Positions 19,323-28,430 of a stretch of 64,000 bases of DNA are shown one piece after another. A program made the position numbers and the translations under genes. The stretch spans positions 5,797 to 69,796 of the forward strand of contig JAHDDJ010000001.1 in assembly GCA_020629385.1 (NCBI GenBank), read 5' to 3'. The stretch comes from Erythrobacter sp. GTDB lineage: Bacteria > Pseudomonadota > Alphaproteobacteria > Sphingomonadales > Sphingomonadaceae. The notes beneath the pieces were generated by a model. The model was given only the letters and a program-made list of their open reading frames with translations. It did no database searches and had not been told where the DNA came from. Numbering within the stretch: position 1 is the first letter of the stretch; each line of letters starts with the position of its first letter.

Positions 19323-20603
19323 TCACGCCCACCGGGTCCGCCTGCGCCTGCTTCGTTTCTTGTGGGGAACTGGCTCGCGCTCGCGGATCATAGTTCTGTT
19401 GAGGTCGGTGGTACCAAACAACGCCATCGCAATAGCGAACTGCCAGAAAAACGTCTCTAACAAATTGTGTGTGTAAAAAGAAAACCACAGATACGCGAGG
19501 GCTAATACACCAAAATCCGAGAATATCCTTCTATTAGCCCCTTTATTAAACAGAAGCCATAGCATCCAACCCCACATAAACACACCTGTAATACCAAAGA
19601 TGTACGCCCAATCTATGATCATATTATGGGATTGAGCATCACTAAATTGATTCCCTAAGATCGGGCTATCAAAAAAACCAGCCAATCCATCTCTCGCAAG
19701 CTGCGCCCTACCAGTGGCGCTGTCGTCGTCTATCTGAGCGACTCCTTCTTCGAAAATTGAGATTCGACTCATCATATTCGCAACGTACCCTGGATTATCT
19801 GGAAACTTTTCATTTAACCGGTCTTCGATAAGGGGTAATGAGTAGGAGTAAGACAGCACTGCCGCTATAAATAACAGCAGGGAAGCACGAGGAAGCTTCC
19901 CTGACATAACGTACAGCACTCCCAGAACTACCCAGAAAACCATCCCCGCCCGGGAAAACGTAAGTATTACCGCCAAACCGCACAGTGCGAATAAGAATAT
20001 TGATGAAAGACCCCGAATATGGCTTATCACCAAAACAAGCGTAACCAGGGTTGCTTCGCCAGCTAGATTCGGATTAATAAAAGTACCTTCAGCGCGCCCA
20101 CTGGCTAGCTTGTCTTCAGACAATGACGCAAATAAATCAGTGAAGAAGAAATCTAAAATAATGATTGTGGGTATCAGGAACGATGCAACCTTCAGATATC
20201 TGAGCACAGTTTCTGTATTCGTATTAAGTAAAAGAAAACCTAGAATAAAAAAGAGAATAAATCGCTCTATTCTATTGCGGTCGTACCATATCTCTTCCTG
20301 ATCGACAAGCTTGTCTATATTCAAAAATAGAAAATGATTTACAAGAAACATCAGTACAACAGCGGTACCCCACGCAAAGCCCGGATTGCTGACGAACAAA
20401 TACCAGTTACGGTAGTAAAAAAGTATACTTAGTGCACCTACCACAAGGAGCACCAAATCGAAATACGGAGCATTGACAGTACTAAAACGATAATCCAAAA
20501 ATAGCGGAAGATTGGTATAGGTGATCAACACGATGTATGCCATAGAAATATTCAAAAAAATGACTTCCAAGACTTTGAATATTTTTGAATTTTTTCTTTT
20601 CAT
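19323..20603 (-). CDS. O-antigen ligase / Wzy polymerase family membrane protein
   Basis: Multi-TM protein with RAEGTFINPN, TFSRAG, SATGR and SHN motifs (Wzy_C-like). Arg-rich C-terminal tail. Confidence 0.82.
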   Translation of the reverse strand: MKRKNSKIFKVLEVIFLNISMAYIVLITYTNLPLFLDYRFSTVNAPYFDLVLLVVGALSILFYYRNWYLFVSNPGFAWGTAVVLMFLVNHFLFLNIDKLVDQEEIWYDRNRIERFILFFILGFLLLNTNTETVLRYLKVASFLIPTIIILDFFFTDLFASLSEDKLASGRAEGTFINPNLAGEATLVTLVLVISHIRGLSSIFLFALCGLAVILTFSRAGMVFWVVLGVLYVMSGKLPRASLLLFIAAVLSYSYSLPLIEDRLNEKFPDNPGYVANMMSRISIFEEGVAQIDDDSATGRAQLARDGLAGFFDSPILGNQFSDAQSHNMIIDWAYIFGITGVFMWGWMLWLLFNKGANRRIFSDFGVLALAYLWFSFYTHNLLETFFWQFAIAMALFGTTDLNRTMIREREPVPHKKRSRRRRTRWA

Positions 20604-20866
20604 GCCAATTGACTGGTTCAGCCCTAGTCCGAGTTAAATGCTACAAAGCTCACAACTCTTACGCGTTGACAACTTTGACTGTGTGATCACTTCACGTTTT
20701 TCGTGTTTAGCATACCCCTCGAACTGAAACTGGAGTGGTATGCGAGTTTCAACGGTGAGGCTTGTTCGTTCGCGGCAAACCTTGGACGGGCTATTCTTCT
20801 TCATTTCGGGTTTGTCTATACTAGTCGCAAAAGCCAGACTGAGCTACATCGGTTAGCGAACCCATT

Positions 20867-22075
20867 ATGCATCTACACAGAAATTCTACGATAATTGCCG
20901 CATATATCATCACACGTATAGTGGCGGTCGGCACACTGTGGCTAGTAACCGGAGGTAGGGAGGTTGCTAGCGACGTAGATTTTTACAGGATGATGATCGA
21001 GTCTCCCCTGGGGATAATAAATGGCAACCTCACACAAGAGGTTTCAAGCTACGCCCCATTACAGTTTTTGTATACCTACCCAGCGCATAGATTTTTCTCG
21101 TCGTTTTTGGATGACTTCTGGAGTTATCGATTGGTCATGATCGCTGTAGAAGTCGCTGCAGCCTACTTACTTTTCACCATTTTAGATATGGCAGAAGTAC
21201 CTGATAACGTCGCTGTGTTTTCTAAATGGCTAACTGTATTCTCACCCAGTCTGGTGTTAACGACATCAGTCTTTGTCCAGGACGAAATAATAAGCTACTT
21301 CTTTGTGGCTCTAGCGTTGCATTCTTATTTACGTTCAAAACCTACGCTAGCGATATTTTCACTCACGTGCGGGATATTGCTAGGTAAGATCTTTTTGATA
21401 GTACCGTTGTTTTTCGTATTTCTATTCTTAAAGGTAAGCGTAAAAACGTTGGCGGCTCTAGTTCCCTTGGCAGCAATCTATGGTTTAGTTGTAATTGCCG
21501 CCGTCGACAAAGGGGGTTATCTCCCGTTAGTTGGATTCAGCCCTGGTGCAGACTACAGCTCCTTTCTGTGGGTTTTGCTCATCCAATCTCAACCAAATAA
21601 TTTGGAGGCTATCAAGCTTTTCAGTCTGCTTTCAACTGCCCTGCTCCAGCTATTATTTTTTGCTTTGTTTTTGTACGTTCGATATTTTCGTGATATTCCC
21701 ATTCGTGCAGAGACGCTGGTACTTGTGCCTTTGTCGGGACTCTTTTTAACTCTTTATCAGCATAACGCCGAATACCTAATTTTGCTGATACCGGCAGCTT
21801 ATCTGTACTGCAGCTCAAAAATGGAAGTACTGTTACTGACTACCCTGCTTGCCTTCGCCTGGATACCCCGAGTGCTGCACGGATTGGTGGGGCTGGGAAG
21901 CACCGAGGCGTCGACGTTTGAGACTAGGCAGCAGCTGCTGGGCCCTTTATTCGGGCCCATTCAGGATAGTCTGCCGTCCATACATCACGCGTCAATTGTG
22001 TGCTACTCGGCATTCTACTTCCTTGCGTTAGTTGTTCTCTGGGCTAAGACACGAAACCGACTTGGAGGACGTTAG
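20867..22075 (+). CDS. Polytopic membrane protein, probable GT-C (GT87-like) glycosyltransferase
   Basis: SDVDFY after TM1, followed by YAPL, QDEI and GILLGKIFLIVP, resembling GT-C family motifs. About 11 TM segments. Confidence 0.6.
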   Translation: MHLHRNSTIIAAYIITRIVAVGTLWLVTGGREVASDVDFYRMMIESPLGIINGNLTQEVSSYAPLQFLYTYPAHRFFSSFLDDFWSYRLVMIAVEVAAAYLLFTILDMAEVPDNVAVFSKWLTVFSPSLVLTTSVFVQDEIISYFFVALALHSYLRSKPTLAIFSLTCGILLGKIFLIVPLFFVFLFLKVSVKTLAALVPLAAIYGLVVIAAVDKGGYLPLVGFSPGADYSSFLWVLLIQSQPNNLEAIKLFSLLSTALLQLLFFALFLYVRYFRDIPIRAETLVLVPLSGLFLTLYQHNAEYLILLIPAAYLYCSSKMEVLLLTTLLAFAWIPRVLHGLVGLGSTEASTFETRQQLLGPLFGPIQDSLPSIHHASIVCYSAFYFLALVVLWAKTRNRLGGR

Positions 22076-23281
22076 CCTATCTTTCTTTTTAATCAGTTCA
22101 TAACAGTCCAAGCCATTCCAGCCAGCTCCAGAACTGACGCTTTCGTAGAGCCATTCCCCGGCAGGTATCAACGTGCCGATATACATCGATTCCCGCTTAT
22201 CTGTCCAACGATCTATGCCAATTCCAGATTGACTAGCCTGCTGCCAAAATAGGTTACCTGCACCCCAAGAGGCACCGGCCACATCGTCACCTTGATTATG
22301 CACATCCGCCCGTATTCCGTACTGTGGAAATATGGTGTCGTCCGAGGCAACTATTAAATTATTTTCTGCCAATAAATGACCATTCTGAGAAACGATCATT
22401 CCCTCATATATAAAGTCGGAGACAACGTTGTTATAAGCATGAACATGTGCATAACGTATGTTCGGGTTACGTTGTTCCGCGCCAAACCAGTTGTTATGCA
22501 TCAATACGTAAGATTGCTCGGTTGCATAATCCCGATGGGAGCTACCAATTAGTACCGATTTGGGCGTCTCAGTGAAACGCGACCAAGAAACAACCACGTT
22601 TGTCGACCCTTGATCAATAGCTATAGATTCATCCTCGATGTTCGAAAAACTGACGTGATCCACCCAAACGTCCGAGCACTGCTCTCGCAAGCGTATCCCA
22701 GATCCGATATCGTCAAACTTAATATTATGAATAATAATGTTGGACTCGGAAAAACAAGCGATACCATTTTCTCCAGATAACGTTATGTCCACACCTCGGC
22801 CGTCTACTGCTTTGTTCGATTTTATGTATAGGTAGTTATCGGTATAGATTGTGCCGCTCACTGCGAACCGCACCCATGAAGAGGTGTAGCTTTCGAGACA
22901 GCTTCGCAGCGAACCCTCTCCCGAATCAAGCAAATTTGTTACCCAACATTCTTCCGAATCAAGGCCGTGGCTAAAGGAGAATCCGAGATCTTCCGCTGCT
23001 TGGGAACCATTTACTAGGTAGTCTACTTCCCAGTTCACTCGGTTTGGTACTTGATCCAGACTAGGTGTGCCGTCACTCGGTCCGATGGCACCGATTAAGA
23101 GCTCATAATCGAGCTTGTCAATAGAATTGTGCGAGCTCAAAACGGCCCCCCGATCGCTTACAACAGCTTCAATGCCCAGCTGCGACCAACCGCCTTGCTG
23201 CTCCGCATCATTAGCGTTCAAACCAGTAGTAAAAGAAAAGCAGATGAAGAGCTTGGCCAGAATTTTCAAAGATGCTTTCAT
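22028..23281 (-). CDS. Secreted PL1 pectate-lyase-fold protein, paralog C
   Basis: N-terminal signal ending LNA. Motifs VTNLLDSGEGSLR, KAVDGRG, VWVDH, KSVLIG and RNPNIR...HAYNN. Confidence 0.85.
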   Translation of the reverse strand: MKASLKILAKLFICFSFTTGLNANDAEQQGGWSQLGIEAVVSDRGAVLSSHNSIDKLDYELLIGAIGPSDGTPSLDQVPNRVNWEVDYLVNGSQAAEDLGFSFSHGLDSEECWVTNLLDSGEGSLRSCLESYTSSWVRFAVSGTIYTDNYLYIKSNKAVDGRGVDITLSGENGIACFSESNIIIHNIKFDDIGSGIRLREQCSDVWVDHVSFSNIEDESIAIDQGSTNVVVSWSRFTETPKSVLIGSSHRDYATEQSYVLMHNNWFGAEQRNPNIRYAHVHAYNNVVSDFIYEGMIVSQNGHLLAENNLIVASDDTIFPQYGIRADVHNQGDDVAGASWGAGNLFWQQASQSGIGIDRWTDKRESMYIGTLIPAGEWLYESVSSGAGWNGLDCYELIKKKDRLTSSKSVSCLSPENN

Positions 23282-23375
23282 AAATGCCTCATGCGTCAGC
23301 TAACGGTAGGATCAATCCGAAGCCGCTCATTGTTCAAAAAGCTAATCGGCCTGACGCGAGAATACGACATTTTAT

Positions 23376-23387
23376 TGACATATGTCA
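23376..23387. promoter_or_regulatory. Perfect palindrome TGACATATGTCA overlapping -35-like hexamers in a divergent promoter region
   Basis: 12-bp perfect palindrome. TTGACA at 23375-23380 on +, and CTGACA-N18-TATTCT on - pointing at PL1 paralog C. Confidence 0.4.
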
Positions 23388-23775
23388 GATTTTTGACTTA
23401 CACGGTAGCCTTCGCTTGAGGTGGTGAATCCTTTCAAATCAGCTTGGGTTTTTAGACTCATACCTTTGAGAGCTTGAAAGGGTCGGCATATCAATGTTAG
23501 CCGTAGCAGTGGGCAAGGCGTCGTATCTAACGCTTACGCTTAAATTATGTGCGCCAATTCTCAATTGTGACTGGCCACGGTCATAGAGAACCTAAATGCA
23601 AGGGGCCGCTTTTTCTGTTGAGTTACACCAGCACCGGCAGAACTTTGCGCCTTTTTACTGCAGACGCAGACTAGCGTCCCAATTCAAGATGGTCATCCGG
23701 ATAGGGGTAACCTGTGGTGTGTTTGCCGTAGTAATATTCCGACATTGTTGAGCACAGATTGACAAGGGAAAGGTA

Positions 23776-25164
23776 GTGGCGGCAAAACTGTTGTGTTACG
23801 AATTAAATGAGGTGTCGTGGCGTGTCATCGATTACTACATTGGAGAAAAGCCCGACAGCCACCTGGCATCACTGCTAGCAAAGTCAGCACAGCTGACAAC
23901 GCATTGTAATGACCAGGGGGAGCTTCAACCGTGGTCAACCTGGTCAACTCTTCATCGTGGCGTATCTAATGAAACACACAAAATAAACTACCTGAATCAA
24001 GATCTTACCGAAAGCGCCGCGTGGCCGCCGGTTTGGAATCTATTGAATCAAGCGGACGTCACCACAGGAATTTTCGGGAGTCTGCAAAGCTACCCACCTG
24101 TCGAAGACCAGAGGATGAAATTTCACATACCAGATACTTTCGCGGCTGGTGACGAGACGAAGCCGATGCGCGCTGCACCGTTTCAGGCGTTTAACCTGCA
24201 GCAAACCGGCGCAAACAAAGCGACGGCCTCCGACATTAATACCCGGGACCTTCCTGATATTCTTGGACTGTTAAAAGCAGGGATCAAACCTCAAACATTA
24301 CTTAAGGTGATCAGTCACTTGGTTAGAGAGCGTATCAATCCGCTCCACAAAAGCCGACGATCGATCTTGCAGCCCATGCTGGCTTTCGATGTATTCCTAA
24401 GGTGCCTTCAGGATGATCAACCTGAGTTTGTGACTTTCTTCTCCAATCATGTCGCGGGGATCATGCATCGATACTGGAAGTACTCTTTCCCTGATGACTT
24501 CGATGTGCCTGTACCGGAAGATAAGATTACGCGTTTCCATCGTGAATCCTTGATCAAAGCCATGGATTTGTTTGATGAGCAGCTTGGTATGCTCATGAAG
24601 TTCGGCGATAAAAACGACTACAGAATAATCGTCACGTCCAGCATGGGTCAGGAAGCGATTGATCGCGGTGAGTACATAGATGAACTTCAGCTCAATGAGA
24701 TCGACAATTTAACTCAGGCATTAGGTTGCGATTACCCCGTGGGGATGAATTTAGCGATGCAACCTGATATAGCTTTTACCTTCGAGTCCAAAAACGACTT
24801 ACAAGACTTTAGCAACAAGATCAGCCGAGTAAAAGATGCCGATGGTGCAAGCCTACTGGTTCAGAGATACGAGGCTGTCGGCACCACCCTTAACATAGCT
24901 TCGACTTCTACTAAGACTTTGGTGAATGACCGAACCGTTTACTACGAGGGTAAAAAATATCCCTTAGATAAATTTGGGCTGGATCTGATCAACCGTGATC
25001 AGGGTACCGCTTATCACCAGCCTGAAGGTATCTTGATATGGGAGGGCAATTCCATTGACGGAAACGTAAGAGCAACGGTGGACAGTCGAAGGTTTGCTCC
25101 CTCGTTGCTGACGTACTTCGGCGTAGAACCGAGAGAGTACATGGCGAGACCAATGGAAGTTTAA
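23776..25164 (+). CDS. Hypothetical protein, probable alkaline-phosphatase/phosphodiesterase superfamily fold
   Basis: YELNE, QPWSTWSTLHRG, NHVAGIMHRYW, IVTSSMGQ and HQPEG fall in the order of the NPP/AlkP core motifs. No signal peptide. Confidence 0.55.
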   Translation: MAAKLLCYELNEVSWRVIDYYIGEKPDSHLASLLAKSAQLTTHCNDQGELQPWSTWSTLHRGVSNETHKINYLNQDLTESAAWPPVWNLLNQADVTTGIFGSLQSYPPVEDQRMKFHIPDTFAAGDETKPMRAAPFQAFNLQQTGANKATASDINTRDLPDILGLLKAGIKPQTLLKVISHLVRERINPLHKSRRSILQPMLAFDVFLRCLQDDQPEFVTFFSNHVAGIMHRYWKYSFPDDFDVPVPEDKITRFHRESLIKAMDLFDEQLGMLMKFGDKNDYRIIVTSSMGQEAIDRGEYIDELQLNEIDNLTQALGCDYPVGMNLAMQPDIAFTFESKNDLQDFSNKISRVKDADGASLLVQRYEAVGTTLNIASTSTKTLVNDRTVYYEGKKYPLDKFGLDLINRDQGTAYHQPEGILIWEGNSIDGNVRATVDSRRFAPSLLTYFGVEPREYMARPMEV

Positions 25165-25260
25165 TCAAGCCACGTGATACTCTATCGATCAATCGCCAGA
25201 ACAGGGTTAAGCACGGCAGCGAAGCGATTTATCAGAACGACGCAAGCAAACTCCTTCCCA

Positions 25261-26304
25261 CTAAACTGCTTCAGCCAGCACACGCTCGTGTTGAGTCTTT
25301 AGACTTTCGGTTGCTAGATCGCCCATGTTCAAGGATTGCATGTCGTATGTCTGATTTAGGAAATTATAGTGCGTTAGGATCTGATCCAACTTTTCCAGTT
25401 GAAATTTTGTATCGTGCCCGAAGTTATGAGGGTGCCACCACAGGTGGTACATACGCCCATGCTGAGCAGCGAATGTCATAGACTCTTTAATGCGCCTAAC
25501 CGAAAACTGAGAGAATGCTTTTAAGGCGCGAGGCGACGGTCTTAAAAATTTGCTAGCAGGAATATTCAAGGGTTGATCTTTAATCACCGACAACGGAAGC
25601 TCATGAGTGTTGTGTCCGAAAACTGGAAGGTAGTCATCTAGCAGTCTCAGAAGCTTTACGCCTACGTGAATATCTTTGTCTGCCATAGGGTCGTAAATCC
25701 AACCTTCCGGATTTCCTCTTACTGCTTCGAATCCTAACTTCCATGCGATGGCTGCGCTTTCGTCGTTATATTGATTCCTTGGAAACACCAGGCTTTTTAG
25801 GTTAAGCCCCCTGGTCTTTGCGATGCTGCGGGCTGCTTTCAGATCGGCTTCGAATGATTTTGTATCCGTCCCACTTTCTAACATGCAGTAATGCGCATAC
25901 GTGTGAGACCCAATCTCCTGGCCGTGGACGCTGGCTACTTTCTCAACTAAAGACGGTGCGAACCATTCCGGAGCACTTGCTTCATCTAATTCTGGGCTAC
26001 TTCGCAACAAATCGTAGGGATTTCCAGTACCGCTCTGATAACTGCGGTTTATTGAGGGACTATTTTTTAGTGCGATTGCGGAATTGTCAGCCATTAACAA
26101 TCCCACAGTGGCCCAAGTTGCGTGAATTTTATGTTTTTCAAAGCGCAAAAGGATTTCGGGAATCGCGAGCCGTGTAGCTTTTGCTCGCTCTGAAAACTTG
26201 TTCACTGGAGTGTGATCGAAAACGCCCCAATGGAGTTCAAAATCCAGAGAAATTGTGAAAACACCCTTTCCTGCGTAAGGCATACGATAGTTCGCATCAA
26301 TCAT
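25261..26304 (-). CDS. Polysaccharide deacetylase (CE4/NodB-like)
   Basis: FTISLDFELHWG, ATWATVG, EIGSHTYAH, SLVFPRN and HLWWHPHNF. Start codon uncertain. Confidence 0.85.
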   Translation of the reverse strand: MIDANYRMPYAGKGVFTISLDFELHWGVFDHTPVNKFSERAKATRLAIPEILLRFEKHKIHATWATVGLLMADNSAIALKNSPSINRSYQSGTGNPYDLLRSSPELDEASAPEWFAPSLVEKVASVHGQEIGSHTYAHYCMLESGTDTKSFEADLKAARSIAKTRGLNLKSLVFPRNQYNDESAAIAWKLGFEAVRGNPEGWIYDPMADKDIHVGVKLLRLLDDYLPVFGHNTHELPLSVIKDQPLNIPASKFLRPSPRALKAFSQFSVRRIKESMTFAAQHGRMYHLWWHPHNFGHDTKFQLEKLDQILTHYNFLNQTYDMQSLNMGDLATESLKTQHERVLAEAV

Positions 26305-26471
26305 TGAGCTTCTCTGTGTTTCCACAATTCGCAAGGCTCATTAATTTGACGCCTTTGTCGCAATAAACTAGCTGAATTTCGCAAATGTTGCAGCCGTATT
26401 CGAAATAAATATTACAAACTAGGCGAATATCTAGTGTGAGACTAATTTTCCGTTCGCACTATTTTGGGGCG

Positions 26472-27266
26472 CTACTTGCGTAGAGGAGAAAATTTCGCCA
26501 CGAATTTTATCGCGCTCCTGAGGATCGGTTTTGAACGAACAAAGCTGATCGTCCAGGCGGAGAGGAATGCTTTTCGATACTCGAATTCAGTATTGAAATC
26601 CTCTTTTCTTATGACGCGCCAGGTCCGCTGAATGTGCGTGGCCCATTCAATTTTGTATTGCAGATCTCCCACCATAAAATCGAATAGGTCATAACGACCT
26701 GAAGAGACGGTGTCTCGCATCAGATACGCCATCAGTATGGTGCCGAAACCGTATTTCCGATACGCGGGATCTGTCGTTGACGCATGTTGATATAAATAGC
26801 GAATCCTGTTTTGCTCAAGGCAATACCCAAATGATAGGAGCTCATCAGAGTCGGTTCGATAAAGCACCGCGAGCGATGCGTTGCCCTCTGGAGCAAGGCT
26901 GAGCATCGCATCGCTGTAAGGTTGAAAACCAGCCCCGGTATTCCACTCCGAAGTGGTAAATTCACCTTTCCAACGTTGAAGAAACAAGCGATGAACTTTA
27001 GGCAGCCATTTCTGCAACTGGTCTGGCTGCGAAATGATATCGAACTTTAGCCCGGCCACATCTCGTGCAAATTTTCTTTCGGATCTTGATCTTTCGCGCC
27101 AATATTTAGAAGATCTTCGCTGGTGCAATTCTTCAACTGTTTTAGGTACTAATACCGCAGGTGCGTCCAAATGAGGAATTCGCACAGAGTCAGAAGCATC
27201 CCCCACTTCAGGCAGCAACACATATTCTGGGCTAGGGTTACATTTATTTTTAACGTAGATAAACAC
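26472..27266 (-). CDS. GNAT family acyltransferase (Acetyltransf_6 / FemAB-related)
   Basis: RSSKYWRERSRSERK, YRKYGFGTIL and FDFMVGDLQYKIEW (FDF-x-x-G-x-x-x-YK-x-x-W). Confidence 0.8.
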   Translation of the reverse strand: MFIYVKNKCNPSPEYVLLPEVGDASDSVRIPHLDAPAVLVPKTVEELHQRRSSKYWRERSRSERKFARDVAGLKFDIISQPDQLQKWLPKVHRLFLQRWKGEFTTSEWNTGAGFQPYSDAMLSLAPEGNASLAVLYRTDSDELLSFGYCLEQNRIRYLYQHASTTDPAYRKYGFGTILMAYLMRDTVSSGRYDLFDFMVGDLQYKIEWATHIQRTWRVIRKEDFNTEFEYRKAFLSAWTISFVRSKPILRSAIKFVAKFSPLRK

Positions 27267-27302
27267 CGCTACCCTTTCCGCTATTCGACGATTAACGCAG
27301 TT

Positions 27303-28430
27303 TTACTGGCGCAACAACGAATGGTAGATCTCACTGTGGCGGGCGGCTATCGTTTCCACCTGCATATGCGTCTCTACCAGCTTTCTCCCAGCAACACCCA
27401 TATCTTCTCTGAGTTCCGGGTTCTTCACTAACTCTACGATCGCTTCAGCCAACGCTTTGCTGTCCCGAACAGGAACAAGTACTCCCGTGACACCGGGAGT
27501 TATCGCATCTCTACACCCCGGCACATCGGTTGTTACCACGGCCCTGCCAGCCGCACCAGCTTCTACCAACACCTTAGGGAGACCTTCCCTGTAGGAAGGC
27601 AACACTATGATATTCGATGCAGCAAATAGCGCGGGTATATAAGTAACTTCTCCCAGCCAACTAACAGCCGAATTCTCGCGTAATTGTTGGAGTTCCCTAA
27701 CGGAAAACGCTTCTGGATTCCCCGCACCCGCATTGCCACCAGCTATTTGAAAGGTCACATCATCGATAGTGGAAGATACTATTTCTGCCGCTTCGATAAA
27801 TTCACGAATTCCCTTGTCCTTGAGCAATCTCGCCGCCAAGGTAATAACCGTACCCTTCGATGGCTCAGCTACAGGTTTAAAGTCGCTTAATCTCACCCCA
27901 GAGCCACGGATAATTGTCGAGTTATTACCCTTCAGGCTTAACTCTTTCAAAAGGCGAGTTTTATCATCCTGATTCTGGAAAATTATTGCGGAATTCGGAT
28001 GACTAATCGCGTAAACGTAAGCCCTTCTGACTGCCAACCGGATAACTCGTGCAAGCCGTGATTTCCCGGAGAACACTGATCCCAAACCAGATACCGCATA
28101 GACCACGCCTTTCACCTTCAGCAGTCGGCATACGATCCCGCCGTAAAGTACCGGCTTAACGGTAATCAAATGAACTACGTCTGGCTTGAATCGATGAATT
28201 ACTCGGATCAGCTGAATGACGGATCTGGCTTCACCCAGTGGATTTAATCCTCTAGGGGATATACGCCAAGGGAAGCAGACGATACCTAAATCACTTATTT
28301 CAGTTGTTTTATGATCAGCTCTAGCACACAGGCCGCACTGCCACCCCTGTCTGTTCATTGCTACCGCTATGTCGGCACGATGAGAGGCGAAAAACCAAGT
28401 ATCGTTTGTTATGAATAGAATCTTAGGCAA
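27303..28430 (-). CDS. Glycosyltransferase family 4 (CapM-like)
   Basis: FFASHR, KPVLYG, FQNQDD, ARLLKDKG, PSYREGLPKVLVEA and DVPGCRDA. Confidence 0.93.
   Translation of the reverse strand: MPKILFITNDTWFFASHRADIAVAMNRQGWQCGLCARADHKTTEISDLGIVCFPWRISPRGLNPLGEARSVIQLIRVIHRFKPDVVHLITVKPVLYGGIVCRLLKVKGVVYAVSGLGSVFSGKSRLARVIRLAVRRAYVYAISHPNSAIIFQNQDDKTRLLKELSLKGNNSTIIRGSGVRLSDFKPVAEPSKGTVITLAARLLKDKGIREFIEAAEIVSSTIDDVTFQIAGGNAGAGNPEAFSVRELQQLRENSAVSWLGEVTYIPALFAASNIIVLPSYREGLPKVLVEAGAAGRAVVTTDVPGCRDAITPGVTGVLVPVRDSKALAEAIVELVKNPELREDMGVAGRKLVETHMQVETIAARHSEIYHSLLRQ

Noticed and set aside
16479-23281. PL1 genes as a pectin utilisation locus
   Set aside because: No TonB-dependent receptor, GH28/GH105, kdu/kdg or transporter genes are nearby. 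Scavenging cannot be fully excluded without assays.
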